A stretch of DNA of 64,000 nt, taken from an uncultured Candidatus Saccharibacteria bacterium. Its GTDB lineage: Bacteria; Patescibacteriota; Minisyncoccia; Phycocordibacterales; Phycocordibacteraceae. Numbering within the stretch: the stretch's first letter is position 1; every line of letters begins with the position of its first letter. Location: assembly GCA_964391975.1 (NCBI GenBank), contig CAYMNZ010000002.1, positions 12,708 to 76,707 on the forward strand, written 5' to 3'. Below the pieces are notes generated by a model. It did no database searches, was not told where the DNA came from, and saw nothing but the letters and a program-made list of their open reading frames with translations. Positions 48,381-57,348 of the stretch are shown piece by piece. The translations under genes and the position numbers were made by a program.

Positions 48381-50057
48381 ATGGCCGACCACACAAAGTT
48401 CGATGATGCTGGGCAAGACGCTAAGCTTGCCGCGATACGAGAGAAGGAGGAGGAGGACCTCGCGCAGGTTCTCTCGGGTCGCTATGGCCTTTCCTACACT
48501 GACCTTGGAGTCGTACCCATTGATGTGGACGCGCTACGTCTTATCCCTGAGGAGCGGGCGCGCGCCGCAGAGGTAGTGGCCTTCGCAAAGATTGCCCACC
48601 AGGTCTCGGTAGCGCTCAGAAACCCCAAGAACCCTACGCTTGAAGCAGAGCTTGCCGAGCTTGAGACACGGGGCTTCGTGCTTACGAAATTCCTCGTCTC
48701 GCCTAAAAGTCTCAAGAAAGCCTACTCCCGCTATGCGGATCTTTCGCTCGCCACCGTAAGCACGGCCGGTACATTTGATATCTCAGGAGAGGAGCTTGAG
48801 AAACTTTCGGCAGAACTCACCACACTCGGCGCGCTTAAGGACCGTCTTAGCGCAACTATTGCGGAAAAGAAGGGTGCGCAGGTGTCTAAAATCTTTGAAG
48901 AAATTCTTGCTGCTGCATTCGTGATGAAGGCATCCGACATCCATATTGAGCCTGAGGAAGATACTGCGCGCATTCGTCTGCGCCTGGACGGCATGCTGAC
49001 CGACATATTCGCCTTCGACCACCATGTGTATCGGTCGCTCAACTCCCGCATCAAGCTGCTCTCCGGTCTTAAATTGAACGTCACTGACCGAGCACAGGAC
49101 GGGCGCTTCACCGTGGTCGTCAACGGCATGGAAATCGAAATTCGCTGTTCGGTGATTCCAGGAAACTACGGCGAGTCGGTGGTGCTACGTATTCTTGATC
49201 CACGCGCCATTCAACGCACGTTGAGCGACATCGGCATCAACCCCAAATTGCTTGCACGCCTGCAGAAAGAAATCCGCCGCCCAACCGGCATGCTCCTCAA
49301 CACTGGTCCGACTGGTTCCGGTAAAACGACCAGTCTCTATACGTTCATGCGGGACATCCACTCCCCTGAAATTAAGATCGTCACCATTGAAGACCCGGTG
49401 GAATACCACATTCAGGGCATCGTGCAGACACAGGTGGGGCCCGATTACACCTTTGCCGCAGGACTCCGCTCGGTGCTGCGTCAGGACCCGGACGTCATCA
49501 TGGTGGGAGAAATCCGCGATGCGGAAGTCGCCGAGACCGCGATTCAAGCGGCACTTACCGGACACTTTGTGTTCTCAACGCTCCACACCAACAACGCTGC
49601 CGGCACCTTCCCCCGCCTCGTTGACCTTGAGGTAGACCCGAAGCTCTTTGCGTCTGCCGTTACGGTCTCGATGGCTCAAAGACTTGTACGCACCCTTGAT
49701 GACACCACGAAGAAGTCGCGCCCAGCGACCGCTGAAGAGAAGCGCATGATGGAGACGGTCCTTTCTACTCTTACAGACAAAACACTCATCCCTCCTTCTA
49801 TGGATACGGTATGGGTCGCTGTTCCTGGCGAAGATGGTTCCACCGGCTACAAGGGCCGCATGGGCATCCACGAAGCAATCTTCATGGACGATGAGCTCGG
49901 CGAGTTCCTCCGCGACAATCCGTCCGAAAGCGATATTGCCAAACACGTACTGCGCCAGGGCTTCCCCACACTTACACAAGACGGCATCATCAAAGTGCTC
50001 CAAGGAAAGACATCGATTGAAGAACTCGCACGTGTCGTTGACCTTCCGCTCGGGTAA
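48381..50057 (+). CDS. pilB: GspE/PilB-family type IV pilus assembly ATPase
   Basis: ASDIHIEP, QDGRF, GPTGSGKTT, TIEDPVEY, RQDPDVIMVGEIRD, TGH..STLH. Confidence 0.9.
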   Translation: MADHTKFDDAGQDAKLAAIREKEEEDLAQVLSGRYGLSYTDLGVVPIDVDALRLIPEERARAAEVVAFAKIAHQVSVALRNPKNPTLEAELAELETRGFVLTKFLVSPKSLKKAYSRYADLSLATVSTAGTFDISGEELEKLSAELTTLGALKDRLSATIAEKKGAQVSKIFEEILAAAFVMKASDIHIEPEEDTARIRLRLDGMLTDIFAFDHHVYRSLNSRIKLLSGLKLNVTDRAQDGRFTVVVNGMEIEIRCSVIPGNYGESVVLRILDPRAIQRTLSDIGINPKLLARLQKEIRRPTGMLLNTGPTGSGKTTSLYTFMRDIHSPEIKIVTIEDPVEYHIQGIVQTQVGPDYTFAAGLRSVLRQDPDVIMVGEIRDAEVAETAIQAALTGHFVFSTLHTNNAAGTFPRLVDLEVDPKLFASAVTVSMAQRLVRTLDDTTKKSRPATAEEKRMMETVLSTLTDKTLIPPSMDTVWVAVPGEDGSTGYKGRMGIHEAIFMDDELGEFLRDNPSESDIAKHVLRQGFPTLTQDGIIKVLQGKTSIEELARVVDLPLG

Positions 50058-50073
50058 AGGTAGCACTACTGCA

Positions 50074-50793
50074 ATGGAAAACGGGCCGGAGACAGTTGCG
50101 GCAGCGAAAAAAATAGGCGAGGAATCGCAGAAGGAGGATTTTCCATACCTTATAGACCCCGAGGAAGTGTTCGGACTTAAGATTGAAATACATGAGGGGG
50201 TATTCTCTCCAAAATACGCTAAAGCATATTCGTTCTTCACTCCCCATCTTCCGAATCTTGTCGGCAAACAAGCTCTCGAAATTGGGTCCGGACACGGAGT
50301 AACTTCCTGTTATCTTGCCCGTTCCGCAGATTTCGTACTTGCTACTGATATAAATGGAGCCGCGGTAGAGAATACGAAGGTGAACGCGGCGCTTAACGGG
50401 CTGAAAAACATAGAGGCACGACAAAGTAATGTCTATTCGGGCATTAGACCTGAGGAGAAATTCGACCTCATTTATTGGAATACCCCCTGGGTGAAGGTGC
50501 CGAAAGAGTTCGAGGCACAGATGTCTGCCGCAGATTACGGAGTGTTCGACCCTGGGTACGAATCAATCTCTCAATTCATCCTTGAAGGACCGAGGCACCT
50601 GACCCCGGGAGGATCCCTATATATGGGCTTCGGGGACCACGGCGCCGATACAGAACTAATCGAGAAGCTAATCCTTCAGGCCAATCTGAAGAAGGAAACG
50701 GTGGCCGACACGACGTATGCACCTCCAGAAACGGGTCCGGAATCTGCGGCGCCCCCGTATACGCTACGGTTATATAAGCTGACTCCTGTATAA
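50074..50793 (+). CDS. class I SAM methyltransferase (HemK/MTS-like, NTPW motif)
   Basis: GVFSP, LEIGSGHG, ATDIN, FDLIYWNTPW. Confidence 0.85.
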   Translation: MENGPETVAAAKKIGEESQKEDFPYLIDPEEVFGLKIEIHEGVFSPKYAKAYSFFTPHLPNLVGKQALEIGSGHGVTSCYLARSADFVLATDINGAAVENTKVNAALNGLKNIEARQSNVYSGIRPEEKFDLIYWNTPWVKVPKEFEAQMSAADYGVFDPGYESISQFILEGPRHLTPGGSLYMGFGDHGADTELIEKLILQANLKKETVADTTYAPPETGPESAAPPYTLRLYKLTPV

Positions 50794-50795
50794 AG

Positions 50796-50826
50796 AAAAA
50801 CACGCTTCTAGAAAGCGTGTTGTGTT
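50796..50826. terminator. bidirectional terminator
   Basis: AACACGCTT-CTAGA-AAGCGTGTT with A-tract on the left (U-tract on the minus strand). Confidence 0.75.
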
Positions 50827-50830
50827 GGGA

Positions 50831-50970
50831 GATTCTGCGCATTACCCTCCAGGCTGAACGAAACGCCTGAGGATGACATCAGCACTTCCGCAATGAAGCG
50901 GACACCAATGCGTCCTTGGGGAGTCGCCCTAAGCCGTCAGACCTTTGCCTAGAGGGTGATGCGCACAATC
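50831..50970 (-). ncRNA. candidate structured ncRNA (rod-like; 6S-RNA-like or unknown)
   Basis: Ends pair over 24 nt (GATTCTGCGCATTACCCTCCAGGC / GCCTAGAGGGTGATGCGCACAATC) with nested inner helices; no convincing ORF; strand inferred from G-U pairs and the terminator. Confidence 0.55.
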
Positions 50971-51048
50971 AATTGCAAAGAAAAAGAACCCGAAGGTTCT
51001 GACCTCTCCGAACTGAGGTATAATGGGATACTAGCATACCCTGTTTTT

Positions 51049-52041
51049 ATGTCAAGTACCCCCCTAGAACCCAAGAAAGAGGAGGTCCTGCGCGATCAAG
51101 CGCTTGATGCGGCGCTACGGCCCACTATTTGGGACGAATATGTGGGCCAGGGACACGTCAAAGCCAACGTCAAAGTGGTACTTGAAGCAGCTAAGAAGCG
51201 CGGTGACATGCCCGAGCACCTTCTCTTCTATGGTCCTCCGGGAGTTGGTAAGACGACGCTTGCTCACTTGGTTGCCGCGACACTTGAACGCCCAATTCGA
51301 AGCACCTCCGGTGTCGCAATTGAGCGCGCGGGTGACCTTGCTGCCATTCTCACGAACCTGGAACCCAACTCCATCCTCTTTATAGATGAGATTCATCAGC
51401 TTGGAAGCAAAGTGGAGGAGCTTTTGTACCCTGCCCTTGAGTCCGGCACGCTCGACATCGTGCTCGGCAAAGGACCATCCGCTCGCACAGTTGAACTTTC
51501 ACTCCCCCGCTTCACCTTGGTGGGTGCGACGACCAAGGTCTCACACATTTCAGGTCCGCTGCGTTCTCGTTTTGGTGGAGGAGTCTACCAACTCGACTTT
51601 TATTCTGATGAGGACCTCCGCTCCATTGTGAAGCGCTCCATTCGCATGCTTGGACTTAAAGCTCCGGACAATGTGATTGAACAGATTGCGGGACGCAGCC
51701 GTGCCACACCGCGCGTTGCTAATGCTCTATTGAAGCGCGTGCGTGATTACGCCGAGGTTGCCGAGAAAGACATCACCACTGAGGTTTGTGACCTCGCCTG
51801 CCAAATGTTCGGCATCGACACGCTTGGCCTTACCAAGGACGACCGTCGATACCTCGAGACGTTGGAGAAAGGATTCAGAGGAGGCCCAGCCGGTATTCGT
51901 GCGCTCGCCTCTGCGCTCCACGAGGATCCGGACACGCTTGAGAACGTGTACGAGCCATTCCTGCTTCGACTTGGGTTTGTTGAGCGCTCTTCGAGAGGGC
52001 GTGTGCTTACGGAGAAGGGGCGAGCGTACTTAGCGGCTTAG
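51049..52041 (+). CDS. ruvB: Holliday junction branch migration helicase RuvB
   Basis: LRP..EYVGQ, GPPGVGKTT, FIDEIH, GATT, PLRSRFG, YEPFLL..RGR. Confidence 0.96.
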   Translation: MSSTPLEPKKEEVLRDQALDAALRPTIWDEYVGQGHVKANVKVVLEAAKKRGDMPEHLLFYGPPGVGKTTLAHLVAATLERPIRSTSGVAIERAGDLAAILTNLEPNSILFIDEIHQLGSKVEELLYPALESGTLDIVLGKGPSARTVELSLPRFTLVGATTKVSHISGPLRSRFGGGVYQLDFYSDEDLRSIVKRSIRMLGLKAPDNVIEQIAGRSRATPRVANALLKRVRDYAEVAEKDITTEVCDLACQMFGIDTLGLTKDDRRYLETLEKGFRGGPAGIRALASALHEDPDTLENVYEPFLLRLGFVERSSRGRVLTEKGRAYLAA

Positions 52042-52575
52042 CACTTTGTTTATAAGTGCGATTCGTTCTTCCAAAGAGACGGGTGGGATACGAATAGGTT
52101 CATAGCCGTCAGCTAGATACTGTTGGTGTGCGAGTTCAGTAAGCTTCAGGGAATCCTCGTGGGTGAACGTACGTCCCGTGTCCCCCCGACCGTCAAACTC
52201 GGGAAGGGTGTCGCAGATGAGTACGAGGTCGTACCGGTTCTCCTTTGCGTGCCGAAGTGCGCGTTCGGTAGGAACGACCCCCACATACCGTTCCATCACG
52301 ATGGTGTCCTGGATGCCTCTGTCGAGGAAGAGAAAATCTGCATCAGTGGATGCTGCAGCTTCGTTGGCAATCTGCGCGTCCTCAATCATCTCGAAGAATT
52401 CTTGTGCGTTCGTCTTGCGCCATGCACGATATTCTTCAAGCCCCATCTCGTCCTTGAGTCGCGTCATAATCGGAATTGCCGCTTCCGCAACAACAGGATA
52501 CCCCGCATCACGGTAGTGCTCGATGAGCGTCGTTTTACCGCAATGCGTACCGCCAGCGATAACTATTTTTTTCAT
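52030..52575 (-). CDS. P-loop NTPase, AAA_28 (NadR/Ttd14-like) family
   Basis: IVIAGGTHCGKTT, EAA, FLDRG..D, YDLV. Confidence 0.8.
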   Translation of the reverse strand: MKKIVIAGGTHCGKTTLIEHYRDAGYPVVAEAAIPIMTRLKDEMGLEEYRAWRKTNAQEFFEMIEDAQIANEAAASTDADFLFLDRGIQDTIVMERYVGVVPTERALRHAKENRYDLVLICDTLPEFDGRGDTGRTFTHEDSLKLTELAHQQYLADGYEPIRIPPVSLEERIALINKVLSR

Positions 52576-53123
52576 GAGCGTGAGATGGTCCACTTCTCTC
52601 GAACGAGCGCAACGAGCTTGCTAGCTGATTCTTCAAATGTCCCCTCGTTCTCAAAAACGATATCAGCGTCTTCAATATCTTCAAACTTCTGTTTGAAAAT
52701 TTCATAGGTACCTATGGGGTCTTTAAGCAGATGCCCTTCACGAATGCGGGTCAGGCGCTCTTTTATGGCAGCGTCGGGAGTCTTTACCCAAACAGTCATA
52801 TACCCACCGAAGTGGGTACGAGCAGTATCAAACAGCATGTCGCGCAACGATTTCTTGTACAGCATTTCGTCCACGATGAAATGCTCTTGGGCGGCGGCGA
52901 GTGCCTTGAGTCGCCGTGCAGCTTCTTCGTACACCTTGATGTGAACCTCTTCTGACAAGGGAATGTTGTTATCAAGCTTATGCATGAAATCCGGATCGAG
53001 CGAGGGGTAGAGCTCTCGTTTAATTTCGTCAATTTCAAAACGCGGTATGTCGAGCGCTTCGGACACTACCTTTGAGAGAGACGACTTCCCTGCTCCTGGA
53101 AGACCTGCAAGAAAGAGAATCAT
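52572..53123 (-). CDS. P-loop small-molecule kinase (AAA_33/gluconate kinase-like)
   Basis: LAGLPGAGKSS, D.IKREL, IKERL..R. Confidence 0.8.
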   Translation of the reverse strand: MILFLAGLPGAGKSSLSKVVSEALDIPRFEIDEIKRELYPSLDPDFMHKLDNNIPLSEEVHIKVYEEAARRLKALAAAQEHFIVDEMLYKKSLRDMLFDTARTHFGGYMTVWVKTPDAAIKERLTRIREGHLLKDPIGTYEIFKQKFEDIEDADIVFENEGTFEESASKLVALVREKWTISRS

Positions 53124-53914
53124 GTCTGCTTTGATTTTGTCCGATATCCTGCGGCGAGTTCGTGAACTGTGTCCATACGTAGAGCGTGTCGTTCGCCATC
53201 AAACTCTACAGCAATGCTAGTCTCTCCCTTGTCGTTCGTCTTCACCAGTATCTTGACGTCATCAAGGTAGCGGATAGAGCCCTTCGTTTTGAGAACCGCC
53301 TCACCATTTTCAACCGCGTATTTTATAAACGCTGCCAGCATGAACTCGTGCGTAACGTTTGAGAAATCTACCTTCGAGCCATCTTTGAGACGTTTAGCCA
53401 TCTCAATCTGTCTCAATATATGGGACGCCACACCGGCGGCCACCTCTTTTGGAGCGGTGGTTTCTGAATCTGGTTGGTTCTCCCCGAACGCGAGCCACTC
53501 TTGCATGGTCTGAATTTCTGCTTCGTGCACTTTCTGCCATCGAATCTCTTCAGGTTGTTTGTGCGCCTCCTGAAGACGTTTGCGCAGGACGTCTCTGAAA
53601 AACGGCGAAAAGTCTGCTGTTGGCGTCTGCAGTGCACTTATGGAAAGTTCCGACCGCACGCGTGACTTCATGTGCCTTTTGGACGGTGTTCCTGCTTCAA
53701 GCGCCTCTCGCGTGCTCACCACCCTCGGGGCAGCGCTGGTATACCCCTTAACCGTGTCCGAAAAACCGAAGCCGGGCGCAGCTGCCTTCGCCTCTTCATA
53801 CCCACGTGCGCTCAGGCTCCCGTCGTCCGCTTTCTCGCCGTGCCGAACAAGGTGAATGGTTATTTCGACATTCCTCCCCTTCTCGGGCGAAACAGGGCGT
53901 TCCGCATTGCTCAT
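53120..53914 (-). CDS. histidine phosphatase superfamily protein
   Basis: IHLVRHGE..LSARG, S..PRV..T, NVTHEF. Confidence 0.78.
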   Translation of the reverse strand: MSNAERPVSPEKGRNVEITIHLVRHGEKADDGSLSARGYEEAKAAAPGFGFSDTVKGYTSAAPRVVSTREALEAGTPSKRHMKSRVRSELSISALQTPTADFSPFFRDVLRKRLQEAHKQPEEIRWQKVHEAEIQTMQEWLAFGENQPDSETTAPKEVAAGVASHILRQIEMAKRLKDGSKVDFSNVTHEFMLAAFIKYAVENGEAVLKTKGSIRYLDDVKILVKTNDKGETSIAVEFDGERHALRMDTVHELAAGYRTKSKQT

Positions 53915-53953
53915 GAGCAAACAATATCATGGTCCCTTTGGTATAGTGGCCTC

Positions 53954-54511
53954 ATGTCAGGGCACTCTAAGTGGTCTCAAATAAAGCGCCAGAAGGGGGT
54001 GACGGACGCTGCCCGCTCTCGCGTCTTCTCTCGTTTCGCACGCGAGCTCGCGCTTGAGTCTAAGAAAGCTGGAGGGAATGTGTCCTCTCCGGGTCTCGCA
54101 GCTGTCATTACTCGTGCCAAGGCAGCCAACATGCCCAAGGACAACATCGACCGCGCGATTACCAAGGGTGCATCCAAGGATTCCAGCGAACTCGAGCAGG
54201 TCGCCTACGAGTTCTACGGCCCTGGCGGCATCGCCATCATTGCGAGCGCCGTTACCGACAGCAAGAACCGCACCACGCAGGAGATAAAGCATTTACTTTC
54301 AAAGAATGGGTACGAGCTCGGCACACCAGGAAGTGCGTCGTGGGCATTTACCAAGAGTCCTGACGGTCGCTACGCCGCGAACGATCCGAAGATGCCTGTT
54401 GCAGAAGGAGAGGAAGGAAAACTTGAAGAGATACTCACGCTCCTTGATGACCAGGAAGATGTGCAGGAGGTGTTCACTAACGCCGAGGGCTATGAGAATA
54501 CTGGCGATTGA
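53954..54511 (+). CDS. yebC: YebC/PmpR-family protein (short form)
   Basis: MSGHSKWSQIKRQKG, NMPKDNIDRAI, YEFYGPGG, DVQEVFTN. Confidence 0.92.
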   Translation: MSGHSKWSQIKRQKGVTDAARSRVFSRFARELALESKKAGGNVSSPGLAAVITRAKAANMPKDNIDRAITKGASKDSSELEQVAYEFYGPGGIAIIASAVTDSKNRTTQEIKHLLSKNGYELGTPGSASWAFTKSPDGRYAANDPKMPVAEGEEGKLEEILTLLDDQEDVQEVFTNAEGYENTGD

Positions 54512-54965
54512 CCCGGGCTACGACCGCCTTGGTATCGCTGTCGTTGAAGGAACGGGCAATAAGCCCGTGCTCGTCTGGAGTGACTGCCTTATTCCTGCCA
54601 AAGGTGCGCACCATGACCGTCTTTCTGAGGTACGCATGGCGGTGGAAGAAGCGCTCGCCAAATACCAGCCAGACATGCTCGCCATTGAGAAGCTCTTCTT
54701 TAGCGTAAACAAGTCGAGCGCCATGGGAGTGGCTGAGGCGCGCGGCGCGGTGCTGGCTGCTATCGGCAGGACCGGGGTGCCTGTACAGGAGTTCGCTCCG
54801 GGGACCATAAAGCTTGCGGTTACCGGCAATGGAGCGGCGGACAAAGCGGCAATAGCCAAGATGCTGCCCCTCCTTATAACGCTTCCGGAGAAGAAGCGGC
54901 TGGACGATGAGCTTGATGCCATCGCCATAGGTATAACGGCTCTTTCGGTCGGTTTTCCCCACTAG
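54492..54965 (+). CDS. ruvC: Holliday junction resolvase RuvC
   Basis: ILAIDPG, AIEKLFF, AEARG, KLAVTGNGAADK, DDELDAIAIG. Confidence 0.95.
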   Translation: MRILAIDPGYDRLGIAVVEGTGNKPVLVWSDCLIPAKGAHHDRLSEVRMAVEEALAKYQPDMLAIEKLFFSVNKSSAMGVAEARGAVLAAIGRTGVPVQEFAPGTIKLAVTGNGAADKAAIAKMLPLLITLPEKKRLDDELDAIAIGITALSVGFPH

Positions 54966-55052
54966 AGGTTGTCCCCCGTTGCAAAGGAGCGGAAGTCTGG
55001 TCAAATAGAGGCACTCCCGGCATACGGGGCCTTGAAAAAGTAACTTTTGCAC

Positions 55053-55172
55053 ATGGACGACGATGCAATGAAAGATGACGACGTGCTCGACCTCGATGAC
55101 GACATGGATGAGGATGAGGACGGCGAAGAGACCGCAGACGAAGAAACTGAAGAAGAAAAGGAAGCCTACTAA
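55053..55172 (+). CDS. 39-aa ultra-acidic microprotein (below ORF-track cutoff)
   Basis: MDDDAMKDDDVLDLDDDMDEDEDGEETADEETEEEKEAY*; followed by its own terminator. Confidence 0.6.
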   Translation: MDDDAMKDDDVLDLDDDMDEDEDGEETADEETEEEKEAY

Positions 55173-55182
55173 GGCTCTCTCG

Positions 55183-55214
55183 AAGGCCCGCTTATCGCGG
55201 GCCTTTTGCTTTTT
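55183..55214 (+). terminator. intrinsic terminator
   Basis: AAGGCCCGC-TTATC-GCGGGCCTT-TTGCTTTTT. Confidence 0.8.
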
Positions 55215-55231
55215 GTGATAGCATTCTCCCA

Positions 55232-57307
55232 ATGCCTCGTAAGAAGCGCACCCACCCCATCACCCGAAGACTCTTTGTCTTTGCTGGCGTTCTCTTCTGT
55301 ATTGCAGGCGCAGGCCTGATTCTCATGGCACTCACACCAGTGCCTGATCTCGATTCCCTTTCCTACCGCAAGGTGACGCAGTCGACCAAGATTTATGACC
55401 GCACCGGCGACACTGTTCTCTACGACCTCAACACCGATGTGCGCCGCAACATTGTTCCGCTCTCGGCAATCTCCGAGAACATACGCAATGCCTCCATTGC
55501 TATTGAAGACGATACCTTCTACCAGCACATGGGTGTGCGTCCTATTTCCTTCCTGCGCGCGGTGTTGGTGAACCTTACGACTGGGTCTTTCAGCCAAGGA
55601 GGCTCAACCATCACCCAACAGGTAGTGAAGATGACACTGCTCACCGGTGAGAAAACCATCATCCGAAAGGTGCATGAGTGGGTGCTCGCATTGAAGTTGG
55701 AGCAGCGCTTCACCAAGGATGAGATTCTTGAGCTCTACCTCAACAACACTCCTTATGGCGGCACGCTCTACGGTGTTGAGGCGGCGTCCCGCGCCTTCTT
55801 CGGGAAGAGCGCAAGGGACATCACTATTGGCGAAGCAGCGTATCTTGCCGCGCTTCCACAGTCCCCTACTCGCTATTCTCCCTACGGCAACCACCGTGAT
55901 GAGCTTGATGCCCGCAAGAACCTCGTGCTTGAGCGCATGAAGAAGGTTGGGTTCCTCACTGATGAGCAGTACGCGGCAGCGAAGGCAGAGGTTGTTACCT
56001 TTAGCGGGCAGCCGAACTCTTCGATTATCGCGCCGCACTTTGTCTTCTATGTGCGTGAGTATCTTGAGGAGAAATACGGACCGGAAGTAGTCGAGGAAGG
56101 GCTTACGGTCATCACCTCAATTGATGCCGAGATGCAGCACGAGGCTGAGGCGATTGTCTCTGAGTACGGAGCGGCCAACGTCGAGAAGTTCAATGCCAAT
56201 AACGCCGCGCTTGTCGCGATCGACCCTAAGACCGGCGAGATTCTTTCTATGGTGGGTTCACGCGATTACTTCAACGAAGAAATTGATGGTAGCTACAACT
56301 CAGTGACCGCAAACCGCCAGCCAGGTTCTTCCTTCAAACCGTTTGTGTACGCAGCTGCACTCCTCAAGGGCTTCACGCCACAAACTATTATCTTTGACCT
56401 CCCTACCCAGTTCTCTACCTCCTGTAGTGCAGCCGACAACTTTAATGCCGCATACCCGTGCTACGCACCAGGTAACTTCGACAACAACTTCCGAGGCCCG
56501 ATGACCTTCACAACGGCACTCGCTCAGTCGATTAACATCCCGGCAGTGAAGACCATTTATCTAGCGGGGGTTAATAACACCATCGCGCTTGCAAGCCAGA
56601 TGGGCATTAGCACCCTTACGAACGCCGACCAGTACGGCCTCTCGCTTGCTCTTGGTGCCGGAGAAGTGAAGCTGCTTGAGCTTACGAGCGCCTTTGGTGT
56701 CTTCGCCAATGACGGCGTACGTGTGCCTCCTGTGGCCGTCCTTAAGGTCACTGACATGAAGGGCACGGTGCTTGAAGAATACGAGGCGCACCCAGAGCCT
56801 GTGCTCGATTCAGGGGTAGCTCGCGACATCTCCTCAATGCTTTCCAATAACCAGGCGCGCATTCCTTCCTATCGTCCGGACAACCCGTTCAACATCCCAG
56901 GCTATGACGTTGCTGCTAAGACTGGTACCACCAACGAGTACCGCGACACGTGGACTGTGGGCTACACTCCTTCCCTTGCGGTTGGTGTCTGGGCCGGCAA
57001 CAACGACAACACCCCGATGGTGCATGAGACCGCAGGCTACGTGGTTGCTCCTATGTGGAGGGCGTTCATGGATGTCGCACTTCCAAAGCGCCCCAAAGAA
57101 TTCTTTGGTGAGCCGCGTGGTATTCCAGAGAACGCTCCGCCTGCACTCCGCGGTGTGTTCATTGGCGACGAAGGCATCCACGACATTCTCTACTGGGTAG
57201 ATAAGGACAATCCACTAGGCGGGGGTAGCTCGAGGAGAGACGCACAGAACGCGCACTGGGAGTATCCGATTCAGGCGCTGAATGCGAGTGGGTTTACGGG
57301 GCAGTAA
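55232..57307 (+). CDS. class A penicillin-binding protein (transglycosylase/transpeptidase)
   Basis: AIEDDTF, QGGSTITQQ, RKVHE, YLN; RQPGSSFKP, SIN, KTGT. Confidence 0.95.
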   Translation: MPRKKRTHPITRRLFVFAGVLFCIAGAGLILMALTPVPDLDSLSYRKVTQSTKIYDRTGDTVLYDLNTDVRRNIVPLSAISENIRNASIAIEDDTFYQHMGVRPISFLRAVLVNLTTGSFSQGGSTITQQVVKMTLLTGEKTIIRKVHEWVLALKLEQRFTKDEILELYLNNTPYGGTLYGVEAASRAFFGKSARDITIGEAAYLAALPQSPTRYSPYGNHRDELDARKNLVLERMKKVGFLTDEQYAAAKAEVVTFSGQPNSSIIAPHFVFYVREYLEEKYGPEVVEEGLTVITSIDAEMQHEAEAIVSEYGAANVEKFNANNAALVAIDPKTGEILSMVGSRDYFNEEIDGSYNSVTANRQPGSSFKPFVYAAALLKGFTPQTIIFDLPTQFSTSCSAADNFNAAYPCYAPGNFDNNFRGPMTFTTALAQSINIPAVKTIYLAGVNNTIALASQMGISTLTNADQYGLSLALGAGEVKLLELTSAFGVFANDGVRVPPVAVLKVTDMKGTVLEEYEAHPEPVLDSGVARDISSMLSNNQARIPSYRPDNPFNIPGYDVAAKTGTTNEYRDTWTVGYTPSLAVGVWAGNNDNTPMVHETAGYVVAPMWRAFMDVALPKRPKEFFGEPRGIPENAPPALRGVFIGDEGIHDILYWVDKDNPLGGGSSRRDAQNAHWEYPIQALNASGFTGQ

Positions 57308-57348
57308 GCTCGTATTCTTTCGACCGCACTGCCGGGTGTGGTGCCGGG

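Noticed and set aside
50831-50970. SRP RNA, tmRNA, RNase P RNA or small toxin ORF
   Set aside because: SRP loop motif, tRNA-like ends and RNase P P4 signature absent; internal ORFs are under 30 aa and not hydrophobic
50956-51048. Longer ruvB start
   Set aside because: Overlaps the structured RNA and hairpins; RuvB similarity starts after the ATG at 51049
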